A stretch of DNA of 26,898 nucleotides from Candidatus Asgardarchaeum abyssi (GTDB lineage Archaea; Asgardarchaeota; Asgardarchaeia; Asgardarchaeales; Asgardarchaeaceae). The first letter of the stretch is position 1, and every line of letters starts with the position of its first letter. Where the stretch lies: NCBI GenBank assembly GCA_040225955.1, contig JBECUL010000029.1, forward strand, positions 1 through 26,898, in the 5' to 3' direction. Below are positions 8,338 through 16,557 of this stretch, in pieces. Below the pieces are notes generated by a model, which worked only from the letters and a program-made list of their open reading frames with translations, was not told the DNA's origin and made no database searches. The position numbers were made by a program, and so were the translations under genes.

Positions 8338-8691
8338 GTATTTTTATAGAATTAAACTATTAATATATTTTATCTAACAAGAGTATATTATATTTTTATA
8401 GAATTAGAATTAATTAATGTAAAATGTTTAATTTTTGAAATCAATACTAAAAAATTGAGAGTTTGACAATAAGAGATAAAGAGAAACAAGAATATATTTG
8501 ATATTACTTGACTTAATATAATTTACTTGTCTATATATTGAGGAATAAAAAAGAAATTTTTATTTAACTCTTTTTCTTTCTTATTTTTCACAAACTATCT
8601 ATGATTATCAACGTGAAGACGCACTCAGTTTCTAATTGAGAAATTAAAAAGGTATCTCGTCAAAATCCTCAATTTAATGGATATACATGAA

Positions 8692-8976
8692 TTACTCACT
8701 CATTAATTCTTCTACTTCTTTCTTTCCTTCTTCAAGTTCTTTTATTTGTTCTGGATCCAATTTTAGCAGAAGTGCTAGAAATTCACCTGCGTGGGTTTTC
8801 TCTTCTTTAGCAACGTCTAAGAGTATTTTCTTAAGGGTTTCATTTTTTGTCATAGCTGCCAGTTGTTCGTATAAGCTGATTGCGTCAAGTTCGGCTATCA
8901 GAGCTATTCTCATGATCTCTTTGTCGATGTCTTCTTCTTTTACTTTACTCAAGTCGATAGGTATTTTAGATAACAT
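8692..8976 (-). CDS. Encapsulin-associated-type ferritin-like protein (EncFtn/Flp family)
   Basis: 94 aa. IMRIALIAELDAISLYEQ and DVAKEEKTHAGEFLALLLKLDPEQ match the EncFtn ferroxidase motifs (E..A...Y.Q; EExxH). GAGGTGA RBS upstream. Confidence 0.9.
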   Translation of the reverse strand: MLSKIPIDLSKVKEEDIDKEIMRIALIAELDAISLYEQLAAMTKNETLKKILLDVAKEEKTHAGEFLALLLKLDPEQIKELEEGKKEVEELMSE

Positions 8977-9078
8977 ATAATCACCTCACCAACTGATTAG
9001 TTTTTTAAATAGGTTATTAATAAAATTGTTTATTTTAAAAATCAGAGAGTGAGATATTTATCTTTTACAATAATAATG

Positions 9079-9427
9079 TTAGAGTTCTTTCTCTATTTTC
9101 TCCAAGATTCTCTCTACAAATTTTTTCAATTCTGGAATTCTCTCCCTTATCGTTTTCCACACAATTAGGTAATCAACTCCAAAATATTCATGAATTAACT
9201 TATCCCTTATTCCTGCAATATCTTTCCAAGGAATTTCAGGATATTTTTCACGAAATTCCGCAGGAAGATGTTTAACAGCCTCGCCAATTATTTCAAGGCT
9301 TCTTACAAAAGTTCTTACTATTACTTTATCGTTCACAAATTCTTCATAATTTCGTATCTTTAGAATGGTTCATTAAAAATATGCATTCATCCAATATATG
9401 TTTTAAATAAGGTATAACATTTCTCAT
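9079..9427 (-). pseudogene. hepT: HepT-like (DUF86) HEPN RNase toxin, frameshifted
   Basis: ATG 9427 overlaps the mntA stop (ATGA). [23 protein letters not shown].. needs one A removed at about 9350-9362 to join [27 protein letters not shown]...[21 protein letters not shown], which carries the R-x4-H motif and following Tyr. Confidence 0.85.
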
Positions 9428-9726
9428 ACAACTATAATCTCACGCTCCACGTATTTTCTTATGTAGGGACTGATAGATTCTTTTGTTTGTAAATCAACTT
9501 TAATTCCAAGCAGTTCTTCGAGATGTCTTTCCAGTCTTATAAAGTTAAATAAGTCTGGTACTTCTTCAAACTCCATAAGGATGTCTATATCACTTTTCTC
9601 TGTTGCTTCATCTCTGGCATAGGACCCGAAAATCTCTAATTCTCTAACTTTAAATTTTTTCTTTAACTCTTCTTTGTGTTCTCTTAAAATCTTTAATATC
9701 TCTTTAAGTTTCACAGTTTTCACCAT
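9424..9726 (-). CDS. mntA: Minimal nucleotidyltransferase (MntA-type antitoxin)
   Basis: 100 aa, FGSYARDEATEKSDIDI (GS-x10-DxD) and LEELLGIKVDL; directly upstream of a DUF86 gene. Confidence 0.92.
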   Translation of the reverse strand: MVKTVKLKEILKILREHKEELKKKFKVRELEIFGSYARDEATEKSDIDILMEFEEVPDLFNFIRLERHLEELLGIKVDLQTKESISPYIRKYVEREIIVV

Positions 9727-10025
9727 TTAATAGTTAATTATAATTATTATAGTTATAGTTGTTGATAATTATTCCTCTTATTGCGGTAATACTCCTTAGT
9801 GGTCAATTTATTTTAAACATTTATCTAAGCAGAGACCTATTTAAAAATCAAGTATTAACTCATTGATACGGATTTTTAGTCTTCCTATAGCAAAGAAAGA
9901 TCACACTATCTCAGTTTCTTTTCAATGAGTATGCAAGCTTTCTTTTCGTTCAAAAATTTTAATTAGTGTGGTTCTGCATATTATATTCTTGTACTCAGAA
10001 TGATGCTATTGTTGAGGTGTTTTAT

Positions 10026-11339
10026 TTGTCTGCTAAGAAAATAGTGCTGGTCTTAGTAATAGTTTTTATTGCCATTCTAAGTACAGGTTTCCTGTTGGAG
10101 CGGATTGGTTTCTTTGGACCACCTCCTGGAGAAGGGCCTATTGAAGAACAACCTTCTGGAGAGCCTCCTTTTTTCACGGATCCAAGGCTTGATAGAATTG
10201 CGAATATTTCTCTGCCCATAGATATAGATGATTTATCGAGAGAGCCTCATGATGGAGCAATAGGTCCATGGGGATATCATGGTGGTAATCACCCCGAAGG
10301 AATTGACCACACTGGGTTTATTTTTGTTAACAAATCGCCTATTTACGCACCAGATGATGGTGTTGTTGCGGAGATTGAGTATCGTGAAAGTGATGATATA
10401 AAGGTCACTATTTTTCACAATCACTCCCTTATGAGTTGGTTTGACCATCTAAGCGAAGTACTAGTAAGCGAAAATGATTTTGTGTACAAGGGTGACATTA
10501 TTGGATACTGCAGGTATTATGAGGGAATGAATAGGTATCTTATCGATTGGGGATTGGTTGATTTTAATAATGACAGTGGACCTCTTTTTACAAGATACGA
10601 GGATAGCGGTAAGTTAGGTAGTTTTGTACCTCCCTTTGATTATCTGAATCCTGGTGAACGTAAGCTAGTAGAAGATTTCTTTAATGAAACGATGCTCCAG
10701 CCATTTTTGAATGGCGAATTTGTTCCAGGAATGACAAAAGCGGAACACAGTTTAATAAATCCAGTTTTCCCCAAAAGGGATAGTCCCGATGATATTGCTG
10801 GTGTTTGGGTTTATAGCGACTACTGGCAGAGTGGAGGGTATCCTGAAATTCTTACTTTTATGCATAAGAACACAAAATATTTTGGTGAGGTCTTCTTTGC
10901 TGTTTATGCGGACTTTAAGCCACCTGTGTTTTTCAATAGCTGGGATGCAGAGTATGAAATAAATACATCAGTTACGCCGCATAGAATAAAGCTGACTTTT
11001 ATTTCATACGGCCCTGAGGAAAGAGAGCCACTATACGGAATTTATGAGATAGACACTTCTGGAGATAGGCCAATACTGAAAATAGAATTTAGTAATGAAA
11101 CTTATCCCTCGTCTTTTTCCGAGAATGCTGCCACTTATTTCTTAAGGTCGAGGTATCACCCAATACAGGAAGCAAAAATACCGGACAACCTATTTGCCCA
11201 TCAAAGGGATAATGAAATGTTAGAGATCCATTTCGACATTCAAGTGCCACATTATGGTATGTTACCTACAATTAACCCAGTCTTTTTAATAGGTGTGCAA
11301 GCGTTCATTACGAACGATGATACTTCTAAAATGTTTTAG
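10026..11339 (+). CDS. Membrane-anchored/secreted protein with degenerate M23 peptidase-like domain and unknown C-terminal domain
   Basis: Probable TTG start at 10026 after GAGGTG. N-terminal TM and Pro-rich linker. HPEGID, PIYAPDDGVV and HLSEVLVSENDFVYKGDIIG are M23-like, but the HxH motif position reads YLIDWG. Confidence 0.7.
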   Translation: MSAKKIVLVLVIVFIAILSTGFLLERIGFFGPPPGEGPIEEQPSGEPPFFTDPRLDRIANISLPIDIDDLSREPHDGAIGPWGYHGGNHPEGIDHTGFIFVNKSPIYAPDDGVVAEIEYRESDDIKVTIFHNHSLMSWFDHLSEVLVSENDFVYKGDIIGYCRYYEGMNRYLIDWGLVDFNNDSGPLFTRYEDSGKLGSFVPPFDYLNPGERKLVEDFFNETMLQPFLNGEFVPGMTKAEHSLINPVFPKRDSPDDIAGVWVYSDYWQSGGYPEILTFMHKNTKYFGEVFFAVYADFKPPVFFNSWDAEYEINTSVTPHRIKLTFISYGPEEREPLYGIYEIDTSGDRPILKIEFSNETYPSSFSENAATYFLRSRYHPIQEAKIPDNLFAHQRDNEMLEIHFDIQVPHYGMLPTINPVFLIGVQAFITNDDTSKMF

Positions 11340-11394
11340 ATTTTTCCAAAGAAAAATTAATGATAAAAAAGAATTAGAAATTTTCAGAAAGTAT

Positions 11395-12108
11395 TTAGTA
11401 AGCTGCAGAAATCTTGTTTAAAATGAAGACCTTTACACTTGAGAAGGAGGGAAGTTTTCCAACAACGAAAAATTTCAACTCAGGCCATTCATTTTTCTTT
11501 TCATCAATTTTCTTTTCAAGCTCACCTAAATTAGGATATTTCAATGTGATATTGTAATTTTTTAGGATAGTATATAAATCGAATACATCTCTTGCCTTAT
11601 TTCTATTTATAATTGCATTTAGTTTTTCTTGAGCCATAATCTCTGGAGGTAAAGTTCGAATATCAAAATTAGGTATGTCTGGATATGGTGAATTAAAAGG
11701 CATAATAATACCCGTTCTATCTTTAAACACAGCCTCAATTGAAAGATCGGAACTTCCGAAATTCTTAGCTGATATTTTAAATTTGACGTAATATGCATTT
11801 GATGTTTTCTTCTCCTTTAAAATTTCTACATCAAAGCCCCATAGGGTAAGATATTCGGCTAAACTATTTCCGAAGAACATATTTTTTCTGATTTCTAAAT
11901 CTATATCTTCACTAAATCTTTCACCCTTCATTATTTTCCAGATGGCTGTTCCGCCTTTAAATAGGATTTTTGATGACACTTGACTGTAGAGAATAAACAA
12001 AACTACATCCTGAAGGTAGTCTTTTCTAATTAGTTCTAGGTTCTTTAACCTTCGTTTAAAGGCGTATTTTTTTAAGTCATTTATAGTCAGCATTTTAAAA
12101 GCCTCCAT
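11395..12108 (-). CDS. abiEii: AbiEii-family nucleotidyltransferase toxin (type IV TA)
   Basis: KDYLQ, LFKGGTAI, RFSEDIDL, EKLNAIINRNKARDVFDLY motifs. Confidence 0.92.
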   Translation of the reverse strand: MEAFKMLTINDLKKYAFKRRLKNLELIRKDYLQDVVLFILYSQVSSKILFKGGTAIWKIMKGERFSEDIDLEIRKNMFFGNSLAEYLTLWGFDVEILKEKKTSNAYYVKFKISAKNFGSSDLSIEAVFKDRTGIIMPFNSPYPDIPNFDIRTLPPEIMAQEKLNAIINRNKARDVFDLYTILKNYNITLKYPNLGELEKKIDEKKNEWPELKFFVVGKLPSFSSVKVFILNKISAAY

Positions 12109-12665
12109 ATCTTTTTTGCAAGGGTTTTTCTCTCCATCAAAGTTAAATATTCGTCAAGCGTATCACAATCAACTTTTGACAAGTCAACCTCAAAACCTTC
12201 AATCGAGTATCCAAAATAGTAGATGTCAATCAAGGCTTTTTCCATATTAGCTACTGGAATCTGATAATTCTCGTACCAAATGTATTCGAATCCAAAGAAG
12301 TATGCATTTTTTATTTTAAAAAACTCTATTTCTGTATTATCATATAACACGACGCGATTTTTTCTTTTTCTGGTAGTGACTACCTGAATTGACATTGGTA
12401 TTTGGGATATCACCCTCCTTAGAAAGAGGGCTGAGAACATTGAGATATAGGAAGGGAAAGTAAGAAATGGAGCTACGAGAAAAGGATTGTCTGTTGTTGC
12501 GTACTTTCCTTTTTCTACGATCTTTATTTTCTGCTTTGACTTTAAATAGTTTGCAAGTCGCTTTATGTAATTTTTAGGAACACCTCGTGCTGATAAATCT
12601 TTAGCCGTAAAGACTGGTTTTTTCATAAGCTCATTAATGATCGAAGAATATTTTATAATTGGCAT
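12087..12665 (-). CDS. abiEi: AbiEi-family antitoxin/transcriptional regulator
   Basis: N-terminal wHTH (PVFTAKDL...VEKGKY), PSYISMFSAL, IQVVT, FFGF and EKALID motifs; overlaps abiEii. Confidence 0.9.
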   Translation of the reverse strand: MPIIKYSSIINELMKKPVFTAKDLSARGVPKNYIKRLANYLKSKQKIKIVEKGKYATTDNPFLVAPFLTFPSYISMFSALFLRRVISQIPMSIQVVTTRKRKNRVVLYDNTEIEFFKIKNAYFFGFEYIWYENYQIPVANMEKALIDIYYFGYSIEGFEVDLSKVDCDTLDEYLTLMERKTLAKKIWRLLKC

Positions 12666-12680
12666 TTTCAGTCCACCATC

Positions 12681-12698
12681 GTTACAATCTTTTGTAAC
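12681..12698. promoter_or_regulatory. Putative AbiEi operator
   Basis: GTTACAA-N4-TTGTAAC inverted repeat 15 bp upstream of the abiEi start. AbiEi proteins are known to autorepress via promoter inverted repeats. Confidence 0.55.
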
Positions 12699-12775
12699 TT
12701 CGGTTACTTAAATTTTTGCATTAAATAATTCTAATGTGACAAAAACATATTCTATTTCTCAATAACAAATTATAA

Positions 12776-12997
12776 ATGGCAATTGTAACATCTTCCACAT
12801 CTGCTTACGTTGCTGATATTGTCAAAAAGAACTTATATGGAAGTGCTACTGGTACGCTCAGCACTATAATGGATATTGGCTAAGCTGCAGGACCAATCAT
12901 AGCTGGATATATGCTCGCTACGTACTTCTTTCCAAGTGTTTTCATTTCTGTTTCTTTGGCCCTAATACTTGCTCTGGTTGTGTTTCTGACGATTTAG
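12776..12997 (+). pseudogene. C-terminal remnant of an MFS transporter
   Basis: MAIVTSSTSAYVADIVKKNLYGSATGTLSTIMDIG*AAGPIIAGYML...: MFS TM10-12 pattern with an in-frame TAA at 12881. Confidence 0.75.
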
Positions 12998-13161
12998 CTT
13001 TTGTTTTCATGTCATGTGATTAAAATAAAATTGAAAATAAAAAATAATGGCCGAAGTCGAGAGGATGCAATTATACGGATTAATTTGAGTGAGAACGTGA
13101 TTTCCTCTGAATTTTTATATGAAATCATTTTTCTTGCCTTAGAAAAAATTATTTACTATTA

Positions 13162-13185
13162 GTTGATTTTTTCAACAAGAGTTGA
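13162..13185. promoter_or_regulatory. Putative RHH operator (alternating GTTGA/TCAAC half-sites)
   Basis: GTTGA (13162-66) - TCAAC (13172-76) - GTTGA (13181-85) immediately before the RHH gene. Confidence 0.45.
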
Positions 13186-13191
13186 TAAAAT

Positions 13192-13479
13192 ATGACCAAA
13201 AATGTTAAGATATGGACTACTGTTAGTCAGAAAGTCTTAGATGAGATAAAGGAAATCAAAAGGCTCTTAGGGTACAATACTGAGACAGAAGTTATAAGAG
13301 ATGCTATTAGAAATGGTTTATTACTCTTGAAGCTACGGGCGAATTTAATCTTGCAATCGAAAGTTAAGAAAAGAAAAGGTGCAATATTTTCGATACATGA
13401 TTTAGCTGCAGATATATATGATGAGTTAAAGGAGTCTGGAAAGACGATAGAAGATGAGTTGAGAGAAGTATGGAGATAA
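13192..13479 (+). CDS. Ribbon-helix-helix (CopG/VapB-like) antitoxin/regulator
   Basis: VKIWTTVSQKVLDEIKEIKRLLGYNTETEVIRDAIRNGL is an RHH pattern; acidic C-terminal IEDELREVWR is typical of archaeal VapB. Confidence 0.75.
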   Translation: MTKNVKIWTTVSQKVLDEIKEIKRLLGYNTETEVIRDAIRNGLLLLKLRANLILQSKVKKRKGAIFSIHDLAADIYDELKESGKTIEDELREVWR

Positions 13480-13593
13480 TCTTTGTTAAATCAAATACTC
13501 TTTCAGAATGATTGTTGTTGAGAAGGAAAACTGGAAAAATATAAATTAAAGGCTTTTTTATAAATTGTCAAAAATGTAAAGTAGGGTGGAATT

Positions 13594-14058
13594 ATGAAAC
13601 TTTATTTAGTCCAGCATGGTGAGGCGAAGAGAAAGGAGGAAGATCCCTCAAGACCGCTAACTGATAAGGGTGTTAGGGACGCTGAGAAAGTTGCAAAATA
13701 CGTTTCAAACCTTGGTATAAAGGTCAAAAAGATATTTCACAGTGGAAAACTGAGAGCTAAGCAAACAGCAGAAATTTATGCCAGATATCTAAATCCTGAA
13801 GAAGGTGTTTTTGAAGCTGATGGACTTAATCCTCTGGATCCACCCGACATATGGGTTAATAGATTAAAAGAAATGAGCGAGGATATAATGCTTACGGGGC
13901 ACCTACCACATCTAAGTAAACTCACATCAATATTAATAACTGGAGATGAAAACCAGGAAATAATAAAGTTCAGAAATGCTGGAGTAGTATGTCTTGAGAG
14001 AGATGAGCAGGGCAAATGGATAATTTTGTGGGCAATAACGCCAGAAATTGTTCTATAA
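13594..14058 (+). CDS. sixA: Phosphohistidine phosphatase SixA family
   Basis: LYLVQHGEAK...RPLTDKG...HSGKLRAKQTAEI...LTGHLPHL: histidine phosphatase superfamily, with QHG in place of RHG. Confidence 0.9.
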   Translation: MKLYLVQHGEAKRKEEDPSRPLTDKGVRDAEKVAKYVSNLGIKVKKIFHSGKLRAKQTAEIYARYLNPEEGVFEADGLNPLDPPDIWVNRLKEMSEDIMLTGHLPHLSKLTSILITGDENQEIIKFRNAGVVCLERDEQGKWIILWAITPEIVL

Positions 14059-14295
14059 CTCAGCAGAGGAATACAGTATACCAAAATTTTGAAAATATTT
14101 TCTTTACTTTAATTATATATTTTGTTTTGCTTTTGGAATCAAGAAAGTTAATCATTCGGATAGTAATCCAATTTAGAGATTCCGTAACCATCATAAGAAT
14201 TCTATTTGATGAGATAATAAAAGAAAGATGGCGAAATACAACTTCTAGAGAATTTTGGAGAAGAAGCTGATAATACAAAATTTCTTCTAAATTAT

Positions 14296-15411
14296 TTAAA
14301 GTCTAATTTTTACTGCTTTTTCAAAGTTTGGTCTCAGTGCCGATCTGCGGACAAGTGGGTCTAGAATTATGTAATCGGAGTTTGATTTCGTCATGATTCC
14401 ATAGTCAACTAATTGTTTAAGATATACTATTGCAGTACTAGCCCGCTTTCTAAGGATTTTTGATGCATCAGAGACCGTGATAAATCCTCTTTCAGCTGCA
14501 AATTTAATAACTTTAAGGTAGGAGCCTATCATCTTCTTTCCCCTTAGAATTCTAGCTATTTCTTCATAGATTAGTTTTGATGCGTCTTCTTCCAAATTGG
14601 CTATTATTTTATTTAGATCTGGATGTTTAACGCCTTTTCTTTGTTCTAGAACTGTAAGCCTGCCAAAGTTGGTTAGCCAGCCTGCAAATCCACCGAGTCT
14701 TAAGGACGCTTCAACGATTAATTCTTCGTCTACCTCAGTATTGCACTCCTCAAAACCTTTTCTTAGTAACTTTCGGGAGTCTATTTCATTAAATGGCTTT
14801 AACACTATTTCTTCTCCAAGTCTGCCATATAGTGGTGCTAAAGTTGATGAGCTTAAAAGTGATTTCATTGAAACAACGGATCCTAAAAAGATAGCTGAGA
14901 GTCTAGGTGATAATTCATCATGGAGTGAAGCAAGATATTTAAAGATTGTTGTATCATGCCTCATTTCCTCAGCCTCATCAAATATCAAGACTACTCTCTT
15001 ATCTTTACAAAGCTCTTCCAATGCTCTTGTCAATCGAATTTGGTTTTCTAATCGCAACTTCACTGAAACTCCTAAAAAAGAAATTTTTTCGATATGCTTG
15101 AGAATCTTCTTTAATTTGCTTCTTTTAGATATTTCTTGAATCTCCTTAACAATCTCTTCAAGTATGAAATCTGTACTTACAAGTTCAGTGCCTTTTTTCC
15201 ATAAGTTTATGTATATTGGATAAACATCAAGTGTGTTTGCAACTGAGCGTACCAATGTTGTCTTCCCAGTTCTTCTAAGTCCAGAAACCGTAAACCATTC
15301 ACCACTCTCTATTAATACCTTTACCACTTGTTTTTCTCTTTCGAGATTAAATATAGATTTTAACGGTTTAAGAGTAGTTCTGGCAAAAATTCCTGTCTCC
15401 AAACAGTCCAT
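14296..15411 (-). CDS. Archaeal ATPase (AAA+/STAND-like) with C-terminal winged helix
   Basis: Walker A GLRRTGKTT, Walker B VVLIFDEAE, IFLGS, APLYGR, GGFAGWL; C-terminal wHTH (YLKQLVDYGIM...YIILDPLVR). Confidence 0.9.
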   Translation of the reverse strand: MDCLETGIFARTTLKPLKSIFNLEREKQVVKVLIESGEWFTVSGLRRTGKTTLVRSVANTLDVYPIYINLWKKGTELVSTDFILEEIVKEIQEISKRSKLKKILKHIEKISFLGVSVKLRLENQIRLTRALEELCKDKRVVLIFDEAEEMRHDTTIFKYLASLHDELSPRLSAIFLGSVVSMKSLLSSSTLAPLYGRLGEEIVLKPFNEIDSRKLLRKGFEECNTEVDEELIVEASLRLGGFAGWLTNFGRLTVLEQRKGVKHPDLNKIIANLEEDASKLIYEEIARILRGKKMIGSYLKVIKFAAERGFITVSDASKILRKRASTAIVYLKQLVDYGIMTKSNSDYIILDPLVRRSALRPNFEKAVKIRL

Positions 15412-15421
15412 TTATTTCACC

Positions 15422-15472
15422 ATTCGAGTTACTCAAATATTCGAGTTATTCGAATATTCGAATTTTTCGAAT
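15422..15472. repeat. Three tandem 17-bp palindromic units upstream of the ATPase (putative operator array)
   Basis: ATTCGAGTTACTCAAAT (15422-38), ATTCGAGTTATTCGAAT (15439-55), ATTCGAATTTTTCGAAT (15456-72). Confidence 0.75.
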
Positions 15473-15661
15473 AAATATTTTTCCTTTATTTTCCCTAAAA
15501 ACACAGTGTCGCGTTTACACTATCTTAAAAAATGGCATTAATTTTTATTAATTATAAAATGAATGAATTGCTGATAGATTATTCGGAGGCACCTTAATAA
15601 TATAAATTTAGTATAGCAAGAGCTTTTTCAAGTGAATATAAATGAATATAAAAATAATTAA

Positions 15662-16420
15662 TCATGGGATTGGTATTTTTACTGAGTGCCAGAAGTAGTT
15701 TCCAGTTCCAGTATAATTGTACTGGGAGGACATTAGAGCGTCGAAGGCATAATGATGATATTCTTCACTCTCTGCTTCCGCGTGAATATCCATGACTACC
15801 TCCTGTCCAGATTCTAAACCCAAGAGTTCCATAGATACACGAAGTACAACATAGTTTTTCCCTGGCCCACCTTTATATTCGCCAGATATATAATCCGCGT
15901 TTTTGAAAGCCTCTTCTTCATCTAGTGTAGTGGCTATATTATAGGTTATATAGACTTCAATATTGTATTTACCGAGCGGGTCCCATGTGATGTAAAAACC
16001 AACTAATGCATCGTATCCGTGCCAACCAGAACTATCGTTACCATCCGTATCCATGAGCACGCAAATAGTTATTTCAGTTACGGGGTCGTCTTTTTCAGTT
16101 GGCAATTCTCCGAGCACTTCGATTTTTATGTACAGATAACCTTGGTCTGTTCCAAAACTAACTTTTGTCATGTTAACTGGTGGATAATTGATTGGTTCTG
16201 GTGGTGCTTCTTCAACTTCAGTTGCCTCCTTATCGGATTCATCAATTACATGAAGGACTAGGATACTTTCGATTTCCTCTTCTGAAAGTGGAATCTCTTT
16301 AGCTTGAGGACGAGGTCGTGGTGCAAAAGCACCTGCCATAATAATTATTATTAAACCTATAAGAGCTATAGCAACCAGTTTTTTACTCATGGAAAACACC
16401 CATAAGTTCATATTAGACAT
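15662..16420 (-). CDS. Membrane-anchored acidic extracellular beta-sandwich protein
   Basis: N-terminal KK plus hydrophobic helix; GYLYIKIEV; MDTDGNDSSG (Dx[DN]xDG-like Ca loop); very acidic. The start may be ATG 16390. Confidence 0.7.
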   Translation of the reverse strand: MSNMNLWVFSMSKKLVAIALIGLIIIIMAGAFAPRPRPQAKEIPLSEEEIESILVLHVIDESDKEATEVEEAPPEPINYPPVNMTKVSFGTDQGYLYIKIEVLGELPTEKDDPVTEITICVLMDTDGNDSSGWHGYDALVGFYITWDPLGKYNIEVYITYNIATTLDEEEAFKNADYISGEYKGGPGKNYVVLRVSMELLGLESGQEVVMDIHAEAESEEYHHYAFDALMSSQYNYTGTGNYFWHSVKIPIP

Positions 16421-16557
16421 ACATAATATATGATAATATAATTAAAAAAAGTGATAACTTTTATGCTTATCATAATTTTATACTTTCCCTTTATGAAGAT
16501 TTATATTAATTCATCGCGATTTTGTATTCAGTAAAGGTAATTTTTCAAGTGGTACTT

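Noticed and set aside
8692-8976. Complete encapsulin nanocompartment operon
   Set aside because: No HK97-fold shell gene in the window.
14016-14278. ORFs 14016..14270 (+) and 14060..14278 (-)
   Set aside because: Mutually overlapping, AT-rich and without recognisable motifs; could be a gene remnant but unsupported.
15422-15472. Possible mini-CRISPR array
   Set aside because: Units are contiguous 17-mers with no spacers, and there are no cas genes in the window.
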